64,000 nucleotides of DNA from the human T2T-CHM13v2.0 reference genome, Homo sapiens. The number at the start of each line of letters is the position of its first letter. Positions within the stretch are counted from its first letter, which is position 1. The stretch lies in assembly GCF_009914755.1 (NCBI RefSeq), contig NC_060926.1; one strand, written 5' to 3'. The notes under the pieces were generated by a model, which made no database searches, was not told the DNA's origin, and saw nothing but the letters and a program-made list of their open reading frames with translations. Both the position numbers and the translations under genes were made by a program. Of the stretch, positions 1 through 15,234 are shown in pieces.

Positions 1-2299
1 AATATTCCTAAGAGAGAAAAACACATTTTTGTAGCTCTATTGAAATACAAACTAAAACACCTTCTTGTTTGGCTAGTTCCAGTATTTTTCTTACCAGTTA
101 AACTCTCTACTGGCAAGCAATTTAAAGTTATTTCATTTAGAACTGCCAGTTCCAGAAATATGATAGTTCAAGTAAAACACACTTTTTAAAAATATGTCAT
201 GCCAGCACTGTTCTGCTATATTCATGAAGACAGATTTTAAATTACTATTTAACTGAGTACAATTTTATCCCAAGAAACAATTTATGAAAATAACATAAAT
301 CAGATATGATAAAATCAGTAATAAATATTGAGAATGAAGGATTTTAGAAAAGATAAGCTATCTTTAGAGGAGACAAAACAATTTACATTTTCAAACTACA
401 GTGTAAAACATCCTTTAAATCATACCCAAGATGTTGAAAAATATAAATATATGCACATTCCTGGTATTACAGCCAAAATATATCTCTTGATAGCTGCTCA
501 CCTTTACATATATGTATGCATGTTTTAATAAAAGCCAGTTTGCGTTTTTTAAAAGTCTTTTTTGCAATATAAAGTAAAAAAAAATTTGCAACCTATTCTT
601 GGAAGTATCCTAAATGCTACAGATCTGCTATTTTCAATTTCTGACTTTTGCAATTTAGGGAAAATAAATTACCCTTTCTGGATAATACTTTTAAAATTAC
701 ACTAAGTCATGGTAATTCCCTGATGAAATAGAAAAGGAAAAATGGTCAGCCAACAACATTTCAAAATACCTCATCAACATCTTTAATATTTTCCTCACAT
801 ATGTGTTATTGCTCTAATGTCCTTTCATCCAGACTTAGTGCCATTCTTAAATGAATATATATTCCTCATCATGTTGTGGCATTCCAAACATCTGCTAGAG
901 GCTCACTTCAAAAATTGGTACACAGCACTTTCAAGGCTTGTTACAGAACAACTTCTCTGGAGCTTATTTTTAATAAAATAAAAATAATTTTTCTAATCTC
1001 TTGGACATCATGGCCACCATAAATGTATCAACTAGTAATATGACAGTACAGTATTAAAAGTGATAGATCCTAGTAAAGTTTTATGTCCATAATTTCATAT
1101 TTCTTACCAAGAAAGTATTCAAAATAAGTATAAGAACAAAGCATATTTGTAAGACAAAATTGAATTATGTCATATTTATTATTACATGGATAGGTTAGGC
1201 AAGGAAAAGAGATCCATTTCATTTATTTCAACTAAAGGGTATTTGTTGTAATGATACAGAGACTGGACCAGAATCAGCTTCAAAGGCTAACATGTCAGCC
1301 AAATCAGCTTTCTTAATATCTCTGTTCTCTCTTCTTATCTACACCATTCATCTTTGCTATGTAGTTTCCTCTGTTTATCCAGTTTTTTGCTCCTTCATAG
1401 CTTCAGTTTGTACGTGACTTCAGTGTACCAACTACTTAACAGTATCCTTTGTGCTGCTATGCCTAATGCTAACAGATTCTGGGTTTTCCAGTTCAAATTC
1501 CTAAGAATTAGATTCTGACTGACCTACTTCACCTGTTTACTGCATAACAAGTCACAGGATGCTATTAAGCATTTTATTGGCTGCACTTTTCTTACCATCA
1601 ATTTTCATTCCCAGTCCCTTGAACTGTGGCTGGGAGATAAAATATTGAGTACAAAAATAGCCACAATGGTAGAAGGACTGAGTGAAATATATTACCTAGA
1701 AAAGTTGTGTAAGTATTAACTGAAAACTTTATTTTGCCATATATAAAGACATTTACTTTGATTATTTTAACAAGGCATGCTACAACAAACTTTGCCTAGG
1801 AATCAAGTCAACCAGATTTCTGCAATACCAACATAAATCTTACAAAACTGGCTGGAACATCCACTTTGATTTTAGATATGTGAGAAATAAGCTAACTTAC
1901 TATAGCTTTCCCAAATTTATCATTTGAGAAAAAAGAGAGACGATTCCTCCAGTGATTCTTGCATAGTATTTTTATCTGGATTAAATTTATAGTGCTGTCT
2001 AAATAAATGTATAGCAATTAGGGCTAAGAATTCAGAAGATTGCCTCTTTAGACATTGACAGCTATTTCAACAAAAGATTTACTGAATTTAGTAAGCAATT
2101 TTAGTATGTCTTGATGTAGTTTCATGTAGCATAAAATGATCACACTATCATATTTGGTGAAGAATCTCAGATTTATCCTGCCTGACCAAAAAGACCAGGT
2201 ACACTCAGTATTTCTATGAATATAATTTCACAATTTTCAACACAATGTATGCTGTTTTTTCGGCATACTTTTTCTGTTGAGCACTGAAAGGGAATCCTA

Positions 2300-2500
2300 G
2301 TCAGTAATAAGCATATTTCACATTTATGTAATGCTTTATAAGTTGAAACATACTTTCACATGGATTAATTCATATATTACACATAGCAACAATTATTTTG
2401 TAAAGAAGAAAACCAGGACTTCAGAGGTTTCCTTAAGTAGGACTTAAGTAACATAGTCTATAAATGGCAAAACAGTATTCAATCCTATTAAATCATTTGT
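2300..2500 (-). mobile_element. Degraded MIR SINE
   Basis: MIR-core-like 'attttgtaaagaagaaaaccaggacttcagaggtt' and upstream 'atgctttataagttgaaacatactttcacatgg'; boundaries approximate. Confidence 0.45.
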
Positions 2501-5500
2501 GAACTACTAGCACAGTACTATGCCTCTAGAGAGGCATGCTTGGGTCAACAGCATGAACAAAAAGAAAGAGCAAAATACAAAAAAGTCTGAAATCCAAAGG
2601 ACTTCAGGCTGGGATCATGAGAATAGCATCATGATCCAAGAAAGAGATGGTAACTGGAATTTCATATGGAAATGATTGATTTCAAAGAGATTGGTATTAA
2701 TTTTGAGTTTGATCTTTTTAAACTCATAAGACTAAATTCATTTTTATTTCACATACAAACCTCAAAAAATTGGCACAGTTTCTTGAACGCTGTGAAAAAG
2801 AATTCTGAGATCACATATAAGCTCAGTGAGAAGAGTGCCATGACGAATTAGGAATGTACGCCATAGACAGGAGAATTGGAAATGAATAAAAATGTGAATG
2901 TTGCATCATTGCCAACCCTGACTTTGACTTACCATTGTCTGGTTGATGTATACACATACCTCTCCTGCCACAGAGTTCTGTGTAGTATATAGGATTAGAA
3001 GCTATAAGGGTCCAAAGTGCCAATCCACAAATCATCAGCATATGTTTAGAGGTGTTTACAAGCTGTGAAGCATCCCGTCAATTCTATGCACATGGTTAAG
3101 GGATCATAACGAAAAAAGTTATTGAAGTAACATGAAGTCAAATCTTAGAGTCAACTCAATAGCAACTGTGTCTCCAGTATGGAACACTACCATGAAGACA
3201 TACCCTACAAACCTCTGGCAAATTTATTCCCAGCAAATATTGTCCTTTCTCTGTCATCACTGGGAATGGAGCCAGGTGAAGGGAGATTTGGATGGGGAGG
3301 TGTGAGAAACTAGCCCCTCAGAAATAATTTCCAGATATTTCTGAAAGATTTAAATTTTAACATACATGTATGCTTCTTCTCAAATGTGCTTTGCTAACTC
3401 TTCAAAGGAATCAGCATTAGAGAAGCAAGGGCAGAAGAGACAGGGCCTTGGTCATCAGTCCCTTGCTCAGCCATGAACCCCAATCAAAAGACTGAGCTCT
3501 CCTGGATAATTTCAGAGTTTTCTCTGTGGATTTCCAGCATTTCCAACCACGGGATGGTGTACAGGTAGCATAACCACCTCCTTTGCCATTCATTTTTAGC
3601 TGTCAATATTTTATCCCCATCAGGAGTACAAGTCTTTGGCAAAATGAAAACGATACCTCTTCACAAAAATCTAGAGATATCCTGGTTTAAACCGTGGAAT
3701 TATGTCAGTGCTCACACATCTAACAATTTCTTACTAGTTCATAGTGTAATAATTTCACCCAAAGCTCTCTCCCACATTTCATCAAAAAGTACACAAATAT
3801 AAGATCTTATAATATTAAGGTAATAATTTTTAAGAAATATTATTCATATTCACTAGTTTGCTATTAAACAAATTCAGAAATGATTAAAATTAAGATATGC
3901 TTGTCAAAAGAGATAAATTACAGGCTCAGTGACAAATTTTATTAGGCATTTCTTTTACTCATTAGGGTGTAACATTTCTATAAATAAGAGTTTTATGGAT
4001 ATGGCTAGGAAATCAGATTCTATAATGTAAAATATTTTATTCCCCTCCACAGAATTCATTACCACCTATAATTCAAAGAACTATGAAATAAAGTTATGAA
4101 GAACTGTGTATGGTATTATTCTTTAGCATGTATAAATAAATTTATACATAGGTATTTTATATGCATAAAACTGAAAGGATGGGTTCCACACTGCCTAAAT
4201 CACCCATATTGTTTGAATTTTTATAAGAATGTATTAATTTTAATATCAGAATAAATGATAAAGATACTACAAGAAAATAAAAAGCAATTTTGGTCATTTC
4301 TGCATGATATTTGCTGACAATATACCTCATAGTCACAAATTCCTCAGGACAAGTGTACAAATGAATGCATTTTAGTTTTTGTTTTTTCACATGCTAAGAT
4401 AAAATATATAGTAATCCTTAACATGACTAATTAATATGTTGTTTATAAATATGTTAGAACAATCTATATTTTGTAAATGAATCTATGCTCTCTATTTCAG
4501 AAAAATTTAATAACTTTTTCAATGTCTTCTTCATGGTAATCTTATCACTTCTAATACTCCTTGAGACATAGAAAATTATGTGTTATGATTTGAAGCATTT
4601 AGAAAATAATTTTGAACCAGTAGAATTAATAATATTCCTACTATAAGAATGCCAAAACTCCTCAAATACTATGTAGAGGTGAATTTTTTACATTAACACA
4701 ATGTGTTATTCACAATATTTTAAGCTGATAAAAATATATTGCAATTCAGAAGGTATTATTTATGAGCAAGAACCCAGAAGAATGATAGAAGGAAGAGACC
4801 CGGAACATAAAACCCTAAGTCATAAGGCAGAGAAGCTTTCAGTCAAAAGTCCTAGACTTGAGGAATAAGGAAGGCACTTATGTTTGTTTAAAATTAGGAT
4901 AATGAAAATGAACTTCACCTACTTCACATTTTTTCCCAAGCCTGGCAATGAGCAACAGACTGTTATTTCTACTTCTCTAATTCATTGTATTATTAATATA
5001 AGTATTTCAAAGCATAAATTCAGATACTGAAAATTGGTGGAATGAACCTCTTAAAGATCTTACAAGTAGCAAATTGAACAGTAACAAGAATCCAAAGTCC
5101 AATCATTAATAATCAGAGTGAGCCAATGCAAAAGCAGTGATTAACTCACCCTCAGCAAACATTTTGAAGTATTATTCCAACCAAGTAACATAGGTTCAAG
5201 AAAACTAAGCAAATGAACAGCAACAAAAATGAGGTAATTCTCAAAGCAGAAAAAAAATGTAATAATTATTAGATGAAAAATAAAATGTACAAGAATCACG
5301 ATGTAAATACTTTTTATATAATCTTACTAATTGAAAGAATGACTATGAAATTAACAAAAATATTTAATATCACCGTGCATAAGGAAGCAGGAAAGGAGAC
5401 TATAAAAGGTAATATTATAATTACCACAAAAGGATGTCCATAGATAATGTCCAAAAATAATCAAGCAAAATATTGTACTATATAATTATATAGCCATATG

Positions 5501-7974
5501 GAGGCAAATGACAGAAGAAACAACCAAAAGAGTTTGATAACGGGGTGCCTGTGGTGAGCTAGAAGATAATTTGGGGAAGGTGACAGATATGACCATTTTT
5601 AATAACTTTCAGCATTGACATTTTAAACTATGAGTAGGTATTTATTTAATTAAAAATATTTTCAGTCAATTATAAAGGTAAATGCAACACCTTAACAGCA
5701 AAACCCACCACTTCCTGACTGAATGTAATAATCTCATAGAATTTGAAAACCTCTCCACATGTATATTCAAAAAAAATTAAAAGACTTTAGTTAACATCTC
5801 TTGAGAATTGTGATGACAGATATTGCCCTGAAGGCCTTTGAGAATTGTGAAAATACAGACTAAAATAAAATTCAGAAAATGCATTTATATATTCTCTTTA
5901 ATGAGTTCCTGTGCTATAACTAATTCTATCATCTGAGGCTCCCAGATTGTCTTGATGCTGACATTCAGAATTTTTTGTATTGTAAAAAAAGTAAAGACTT
6001 ATGTTTTTAGACACTAAGAAGTCCCAGGTGTGTTGAAACCTACAGCTTCATTTTACATTCCTTCTTGGCCCCTTTAATTCGATTTTGTGACTCAAAATGC
6101 TTCAAAATTTGATCTGTATGTTGTCCAAATGCTGCCTGTAGCCTAGTGAAAGATTCAATATTGTTTATTGCCAAATATGTCTCCAAAAGTTTTAATCCCC
6201 TTATCTCCCCATTACTGGTTTGTAAAGCAGGCTAATGCAATATTGGAGTCAGAGTGAGCCAATGCAGAAGCAATTCTAAATAAGAGGAAAGAAACTTGTC
6301 AGTTGCTGGAGTCTTAGCAGAATATTTCAAGTTACTTTTTGAAACTTTAAAGGATAGGAACACCTAAAGTATTTTTTCAATAACACTTGTAAACCAGATT
6401 CTTGTAGAAAATGTATTTACTGTGTCTAATTTGTTGGAGCTTAAATTTTACTTTTAAAGTAATTAGAATAGAGAAATAATAATTAAAAGAACTAAGATCC
6501 TAGTCCCAGTTCTATCATTTATTCAATAAACTATTAAACAAACACTGAATAAATACCTCAGAGCCCTGTCCTTAGATATAGATATGTCAAGTGGAAGGTA
6601 TACAGGAAGATTTAACTCTCTAGAAAGTAAAATCAAATTATGTACCTTTTGAGTTTACAGATTTTCACAAAATTTTAAGCCCTGAATTCAAAGATAATGT
6701 CAGACATTAAGATTTTTCCTTTCAGAAAATGAGTCATAATTATAGAATGATTATTACAGAGTTTAAACTCTGCTTTATTTCAATCTTAGATTTTAACTAT
6801 TACATTTAACCATATTGAAAACGCGAAATGCAGGGAAACAAAGAAATTAATGTTGCTCAGAGTTAGATCTGACCTTAGTCACCTGTGTCTTGTATAAACT
6901 AAACATTTGGAATGTCACTCCTATTTTGTTATTGCCCAAGGTGGAGGTGTTGATAAGTCAAAAAAGTGTGCTTTGAAATGTCTATGTTATAAAGGAATGA
7001 TTTTATTTGTGTATCTCATTGTCCAGAACTGATGACAAAAGACATCCTCCTTCACTAATTCCTTGACTAGTCCCTTAATTCTTAGTCTCTGTACCATCTC
7101 ATATCTCTAAGGCACTTTGCTAAATATTTGGCATGGAATTTGGTTTTAAAAAAATAAAAGCAATAAATATGGTAAGAAAGCAGGAACTTTAAGGTCTATA
7201 AGGAAAATCACTTAATATAGCCCTCTTTTAATCTATTAATAAAGACATAGAGCCGGGAAACAAGACATGTATTCATTAGCTCCTGGATATCCCTGGGATA
7301 TTTTTATTCTGTTCTATTAAATTTTGCTCAGTTGAAGAGCATTGTGAAAGCTATAAAGTTTTAAAAACGATGACAGTCATAATAAGTAGGGATGGGTGAA
7401 TTCAGTGGCTTAATTAAAGACATTTGAGTTAGGGAAATGGATAGCATCATAGTGGTTACAGTTACTTTATTTAAGATGGAAATTACAGTGCACAAAAATT
7501 AATTCAGTTTTTCAGGTAAAATCTCTCCCCTACTTAGCTAAAGTAATTACTCTGCTTTACCTCCACTAAGGCAAACATTATGTCCCTAATGTTTCTTTTA
7601 TATGAATAAATATAGTATGCTTTCTCTCAAATCTGAATCATTCAATATCTCTTCAAAGTCTCTTGCACCCATATAGCACCCAAAATAACTAATAATCATT
7701 CATTTAATCCTAACAGGACTTTCCTTTCTGTACTCAAATATTCTTTTAATCTTCTAATTATTCTTGCAATTAGTTTTGTCTTAAAGCACATTCCACATTT
7801 TATTCCACCTACCATTCCTAAGCATGAGCACACAATGGCATAACCATTGAAGGAAAAATGTGAATTTCACTTCTTCTTCATTGGAATAGCTATCTTTTTT
7901 CCTTTGAAGCAATTGAGGAAAAGATTATCACAACGTTCAAGCTTTCCCTTTCTCATTTCTCCACAAATTGTTCT

Positions 7975-8870
7975 AGAAATTCATCCCAATCCCAAACGAA
8001 ATCCCAGCAGTCCTTTATTTGGAAATTGACAAACAAATTCTAAAGTTTATATGGAATTTGAAAGAATCTAGAATAGTCAAAACAATTTTGATAAAGTATA
8101 ACAAAGTTGGAAGATTAACACTTCCTGATTTTAAAATTTATTATAATGCTACAGTGTGTTATTGAGTTCAAGATCAACAAATCAATCAATGGAATATAAT
8201 AGAGAATCCAAATATAAACCCATATGTAAATGGACAATTAATTTTTTTTTACAAAGGTACAATAATTCAGTGGAGAAATAATGATGTTTGATTTCTTAGA
8301 TAAATGAGTTCTTAGATAAAACATTGAAAGTATGACCCATATAAGACAAAAATGATAAATTCAAAATCATCTGCTATGGTCTGAATGTTTATGTCTCCTC
8401 AAAAATTCACATGTTGAATTCTACACCCTAAGGTGATTATACTAGGAGGCAAGACATTTTGGGAGGGATTAGTGCCCTTGTAATGTAAGCCCAAAGGATC
8501 TGGTTCACTCTTTTCACTATGTGAGGACACAGTGAGAAGGCACTATCTATGAGTCAGCAAGCAAGCTGTCACCAAACACCAAATCTTCACTCATCTTTAT
8601 CTTGAACTTTCCAGCTTCTAGAACTGTAAGTCAGCAATTTCTTTTGTTTATAAACTACTCAATTTATAGTATTTTGTTATAGCAACATGAATAAGACATT
8701 ATCAAAATTAAAAACTTTTCCTTCACAAAAGACATTGTTAAGAAAATAAAAAGAGAAGCTATGTAAACTGAGAGAAAATGTCTGTAAGTCACATATTAAA
8801 CAAAGAACTTATATTTAAAATATGTAAACAAACTCAAAATTCTATAAGAAGAAAATAAATAACCCTTCAA
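7975..8870 (+). mobile_element. Ancient L1 (L1MC/ME-type) ORF2 3' fragment, split by an MLT1A LTR
   Basis: Decayed ORF2 C-terminal motifs ('ctaaagtttatatggaa', 'aacaaagttggaagattaacacttcctgattttaaaatttattataatgctacag'); resumes at ~8700 after the LTR. Confidence 0.75.
8372..8698 (+). mobile_element. MLT1A-family MaLR solo LTR
   Basis: TG...CA termini (tgctatggtctgaatg...ataagaca), 'gtgaggacacagtgagaagg' core, 5-bp TSD tcatc/ttatc (1 mismatch). Confidence 0.85.
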
Positions 8871-8879
8871 AACAATCAA

Positions 8880-11711
8880 CAAATACAAAATGGCAGTTTT
8901 AAGTTAGTACTTAACAACAATATTGACAGCATGTAAAATGCACATGAACTAAGTAACATGTAAATAGACTAAATTATTCAATTAAAAGCAGAGTGGTTAA
9001 ATGGATAGAGACCAGACCCAACTATATGGTGCATACAAGAAACCCTTATAAAGACAGACAAAGATTGAAGGTGAAGGGATGGGAAAATATATTTGATGCA
9101 AGTGGAAACAAAAACAGAGCAAAAGTAGCTACACTTACATCAGATAAAATAGACTAAATGTCAAAGACTGTAAAAAGTGAAAAAGAAAGGGGTTATTACA
9201 TAATAATAAAGTGGTCAATTCAGCAAGAGGATATAACAATTATAAATACCTATACACCAAACATCAGAGCACCCATTTATAGAAAGCAAACATTAATAGA
9301 CCTAAAAGGACATCTAGATTGCACTACAATAATAGTGGGGGATTTCAACACCCCAAGCTCAATAACGGACAGATCATCCAGACAGAAAATTAATAAATAT
9401 TGGAATTAAACTACATGCTAGACAAAATAGGCCTAACTTACATTTACAGAAGATTTCACCCAAGGGTCACAGAATACCCATTCATTTCATCAGCACATGA
9501 AACATTCACCAAAAAAGACCATACGCTGGGCCACAAAACAAGTCTCAACAAATTCAAAAGAGTAGCTATTGTATCAAATATCTCTTCTGACCACAATGGA
9601 ATACAACTAGAAATCAATACCAAGAGGGACCATGAAAACTACATAAAAATATAGAAATTAAACAACATGCTTCTGAACAACAAATAGGTGAATAAAGAAA
9701 TTAAGAATAAAATTTTAAACTCTCTTGAAACAAATGAAAATGGAAATACAACATAACAAAAGCCATGGGATGTAGCAAAAGCAGTACTAAGAGAAAAGTT
9801 CATAGCAATAAGCCTCTACATCAAAAAGTTGAAGACTTCAAATAAGCAACCTAAAAAGGTACCTCAAGGAACTAGAAAAAAAAAAGTACAAAACCAATGG
9901 AATTCGTTTCACTGCTAAAATCTACCAAACACTTTTAAAAAATACCAATTCTACTCAAACTGCAAAAAAATTAAAGAGGAGGGGATACTTCCAAACTCAC
10001 TCTATAAGGTCAAAATTTACCTGATACCAAAACCAGACAGGGACACAACTGAAAAAGAAAACTACAGGCCAATAGCACTGATGAATATAGATGCAAAAAT
10101 CCTCAACAAAATACTAGCAAACCAAATTCAACGACATATCAAAATTTAAAAAATCATTCACCACGATCAAGTGAGACTCATCCCAGGCAGCTAAAAGTGG
10201 TTCAACACATGCAAATCAATGTGATACATCACATTAACACAACCAAGAACGAAAACAAAAATCATTTCAATAGATGCAGAAAAAGCATTAGATAAAATGT
10301 ATAATAACATACCTTTATGATAAAAACTCCTGGCAAACTGGGTATAGAAGGAACATAATAAAGGTTAAATATGACAAACCCACAGCTAACACCATAATGA
10401 ATAGGAAAAAAAATGAAAGTGTTTCCTCTAATATCTGGAACATGACAAGGATGCTCACTTTCATCACTTTTATACCACATAATACTGGAAGTCCTAGCCA
10501 GAGCAATCAAACAAGTGAAAGACAAATTGAAAAGGAAGAAGTCAAATGATCTTTGTTTTTAGATGACACCATCTTATATTTAGAAAACCTGAAAGATTAT
10601 ATCAAAAAACTGTTGAGCTGATAAATAAATTCAGTAAAGTTGCAGGATATAAAATTAACATACAAAAATTAGTAATATTTATATACACAAACAGCAAATG
10701 ACCTGAAAAAAGAAATCAAGAAAGCAACCCATTTAAAATAGCTACAAAGAATATAAAATACATAGAATTAACTTAGCCAAAGAAGTAAAATATCTATGCA
10801 AGGAAAACTATAAAACAATGATAAAAAAAATCGACCAGGACACAAAAAGTGGAATGATATTCTATGCTTGTAGATTGAAAGAATATTGTTAAAATGAACA
10901 ACACTAACAAAAGCAAAATATAGATTCAATGCAATCCCTATAAAATATTTCTTCACAGAAACAGAAATAACAATTTTAAAATTTATATGAAACCACAAAA
11001 GACTCCTAATAGTCAAGCAATCCTGAGCAAAAAGAACAAAGCTAGAGTCATCGCACTACCTGACTTCAAAATATACTACGAATCTATAGTAACCAGGTAA
11101 GCATGGCACTGGTACAAAAACAGACATGTGACCAATGGAACAGAATACAGAACTTAGATATAAATGCATGCATTTACAGCCAACGCATTTTTGACAAAGT
11201 TGCCAAGAACATACAATAGGAAAAGGACAATCTCTTCAATGAATTGTGCTAGCAAAACTGTATAACCATCTGCAGAAGAATAAAACCAGATGCCTACCTC
11301 TCATCATACATAAAAATCAAATCAAAATGAATTAAAAACTCAAATCTAAGATCTGAAAATACAAAGCCATAGGAGAAAATATTGAGTAAATGCTTGAGGA
11401 CATTAGTCTGGGCAAAGATACTTTGTGTAAGACTTCAAAAGTACAGGCAACTACAGCAAAAATAGACAAATGGGATTATATTCAGCTAAAAAGCTTCTGC
11501 ATAGCAAAGGAAACAATCAATGGAGTGAAGAGACAACCCACGAAATGAAAGAAAATATTTATAAACTATCTGACAATATTAATAACCAGAATATATAAGG
11601 AGCTCAAACAACTTAAAACAATAATCTGCTTTTAAAATGGGCAAAAGATCTGAATAGACATTTCTCAAGACAAATAGCCAACAGTGACATGAAAAACTGC
11701 TCAACATCACA
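8880..11711 (+). mobile_element. L1MA-type ORF2 remnant (endonuclease to C-terminus), internal deletion near 9900, no 3'UTR
   Basis: ORFs 9158-9409 and 9400-9654 are L1 EN fragments (IIVGDFNTP, SDHNGI); RT-region DNA at 10000-10600; many stops and frameshifts. Confidence 0.9.
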
Positions 11712-11719
11712 AGCTGACT

Positions 11720-12272
11720 TTTAAAAAGGTAAATCTTTTTATATACCATTCTTCTACTTGTAACCCTTCTTTAATAGATTTGTATTGCTTTTCAGAGGAA
11801 ATTTCAAACATTAGTATGGCTACATCTCTCTATAATCTCTATCTCCAGTCTTAACTCACATCATTCTCACTCCTCTCTATAGTTCATTCTTTGAAACTGT
11901 TGCACCTTTGCACATGCTGTTGCTGTTACTAAAATGCATTTACTCCTTCTTTCCTTCAATCCTTTTACAAATTATTTCCCATTTATTATTTCAATCTCAA
12001 ATGAAACAGAACATCTTTTGAGAAGGTTTCAGTATTCTATTTAAATTACGTTATGATGTTATAATCTCTCATAATTATAATACTTTACTATGATTTTTCC
12101 TATTTGAAAATAATGGATTTATTTATTGCTATTCTACGTATTCATTTTCATCTCAATGCTATAATCTTCCATAGATAAACAATCATACCTGCTTTGTTTA
12201 CCATTGTACTCCTGGAACCCACCTAGTGTCTGGTATATAAAAAAGGCTCAATAAATATTTATTTGAGTGATT
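11720..12272 (+). mobile_element. L2 LINE 3' fragment
   Basis: 'cctttgcacatgctgtt' and the L2 tail 'ctcaataaatattttatttgagtga'. Confidence 0.6.
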
Positions 12273-14073
12273 AAAAACATTCTTCCATTATAGATATAAA
12301 AAGTGGAACTTAGAGATAACAAAACTTGCTTCTAAGTCACACTGCTAAAAAGAGGAAGAACAAGGATTAGAATCTAAGTATATAGTACTCTAATCTGTTC
12401 ACTTATTCAACTGAGCCACTCCCTTCTTACAACTGTCCCAGCTACTCATTTACACAGAGGAACTTAAAATAGGTTTGCTCATCCTTTCCCTTTAGTTTTA
12501 GTTGCTTTAAGTGAGTTACAAATATTGGCTATTATCTCAATACAGTGCCAATTGTCTGAGCCAACAGCATCCATTCCACTTTACAGTGACAAAATTCTAG
12601 ATGACAGCCAGATATGTCAGCACAACCAATGAACACAAATGTTTTTAGAGAGTTAAGTTTATTCTCCATTTTGTCATGCAGATGGCAAAACGACAGCTTG
12701 CAACTGTGATGAATTGTTTGCCACATGCAGATGGTAGAAAAGAAATAAATTACAAACACATGAAAATGTGGTTTTCAACTGTTCCATGGTGCTACTATGT
12801 TGGCCAGGAAAGAAGTGGAATTTCTATTGGCTTGAATTTCATGAGATTTTACATTTGAATCAAATGAGTTCATATTTGGGTCAAGACTTTAAAAAAATGT
12901 ATAGCTTGTCCTTTTGTGTCTCCACTATTTCATTTCCAGACTTAGATTTATTGAGTTATATATGCACAACTTGGATAAAGTTAACTGCTGAGCATTAGTG
13001 CTTATTTTACTCTACTATTAAATGATTTTCTAATACAGCTTAATAACTTACTTTTTATTTCTTCATGAATTTTGACAAAAGTTTTGTCAGAATTTTGAAA
13101 ATGAAAAATGCTGAAGTGATGTCTTCATCACATCAGTCATCTCTCAAGGAAATGTAAGCTTGCTATAAATACAAAAAAAAGATGTCTATAAATATCAAAG
13201 AGTTGATGTTTAATATGATATGGCTCTGTGATAAAAAATGTTAATGTTTTTTGTTATTTTATGATTTTTATTTTTCATATCCTATATTTATATTATGAGA
13301 TTTTGTGTGGGTTTGCTAAGCAACTTTTGTTAAGTCTGTTGTTGGCCTTCCTATTTATTCCTACCCTGTGTTTCTGAAGAGAGAAAATCTATTAAAAAAT
13401 GAATTATATAAGAAGAGATGAAATAAATCTAATTCCAAATTTATATATATAAAATGTAATACAATTAATGTTTTATAACACAATATAATACAAATGAAAT
13501 GTATGAAAGAAATGAAGGTGTCGTTTTGCCTAGATGACATGTGGTCATAGATATTCCCTTACTTTAACTGGAAAAATTAAAAGAAAACAGAAAAAGCTCA
13601 TCAAAATCTATCCTAGCCACGTCACACAGATTTAATTAAATCTTCACTCTTAATGCTATAAAGAGAACTCTTTCCCTTCCTCACAATTCTGTTACCCTTC
13701 ATTGTGAGGCAGAGTATTCCCTTGGGATATTTTCTACCTTAAAATAAATACTACAAGAAAACGGTGAAATAATAGTGGCTTCTATCAGTCATGGGCTGCC
13801 AGCTCTTGCGCCTTAGCTTCTCTCACTTATTAAGGAGCTGAAACCCAAAGAATCAGTTCCAGGCCTCAATCTGATTCTTAAAATACTATATACAGCATAT
13901 TGACAACACTCAGCCTGCCATGGTTATTATATCCCTTTCCTGTCACCAAGACTGGGATGGAGGGGGGTGGTTAACTCTATGACATTGAATATTGTTACGT
14001 CAGACACAAGGTTTTTTCATTTTCAAAAATCTTGAACATATCTGGTGTTCTAATGTCTCCTTTAATAGCTTAC

Positions 14074-14423
14074 TGTATTCATCTATTTTCACACTGCTAT
14101 AACCATAGACCTGACACTTGGTAATTTATAAAGAAAAGACTTTAATTGACTTGCAGTTCTGAATGTCTAGGGAGGTCTCAGGAAACTTACAGTAATGGCA
14201 AAAGGAGAAGAGGCACGTCATCTTCCACGCAAGAGCAGGAAAAATTACCTTATAAAACCATTAGATCTCATGAGAACTCACTCACTATCACGAGAACAGC
14301 ATGGGGAAAAACGGCCCCATGATCCAATCACCTCCCACCTGGTTCCTCCCTGGACATGTGGGGATTAGGGGGATTACAATTTAAGATGATATTTGGGTTG
14401 AGACACTAAGTGAAACCATATCA
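14074..14423 (-). mobile_element. THE1/MSTA MaLR solo LTR
   Basis: Reverse-oriented LTR tgtattc...aaaccatatca with 'gatctcatgagaactcactcactatcacgagaacagcatgggg'; TSD cttac/gttac. Confidence 0.9.
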
Positions 14424-15234
14424 GTTACCTACCATCCACTTTTCCCTTCCTTTCTAGGATGTTTTATTTGTTCATCAAACATTTACAGACCCCCTACTCT
14501 GTCCCAGACTCAGAACCACACATCTCTTATAGTGAAAAATGTAGAAACTGCCCTCCCCTTTTATGAACATCAACATAAGACAATTACAAGTTTGATTTGT
14601 GGTTTTCCACTTACCAGTCAAAACTTACACGCATGCTTCTTCCTGCATATGCCTCTTCAAAATATTTCAATAACTATATTTTTAATTTGTTAAGGAATAA
14701 TAACTTTTACAAGTATATGCTACTAATAGTTTACAATACCTCCTGGAATGCCATAAAATGAATTTAAAAACTAATTCTCCTCACCGTCAGTGCAATTAGA
14801 GAGTCTATTCCAAAATTTCTTCCCTCTCTGGGTAAAACATAATGAAGCTTAGGAGGCATGAGGTGCATTATAGTTAAATTTTAGTATTTTTTTATTGTCT
14901 TCATTAATTCCAGTAATTTTGTAGAAGGTAATGTAAAAAGGCAATCTAGTAGTTTTAGGTCCCCCACAAAAAAAAAAAAAGAAATAATTTTGTGGACTAG
15001 TCATATACCAATGTGGTTCTCACCCTTATAAGATAATTTAAATCATTTGGGGAACAAACAAAACAAAGCTTGTCCAGGCCCCTTATTGGCACTGATATTA
15101 CTTCATATTACTCCAAATAATTCTAATGTACAGTTACAATTAATTTGTAACCCACAAATCCAACATAACATTTACTTATCAATTTCTGCACTTTCTCTGT
15201 CAAACGCTCCTTCCCAACTTACTTTTTCTTAACA

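Noticed and set aside
1190-1700. Possible ancient MLT1-type LTR
   Set aside because: Only vague similarity by eye; termini could not be placed
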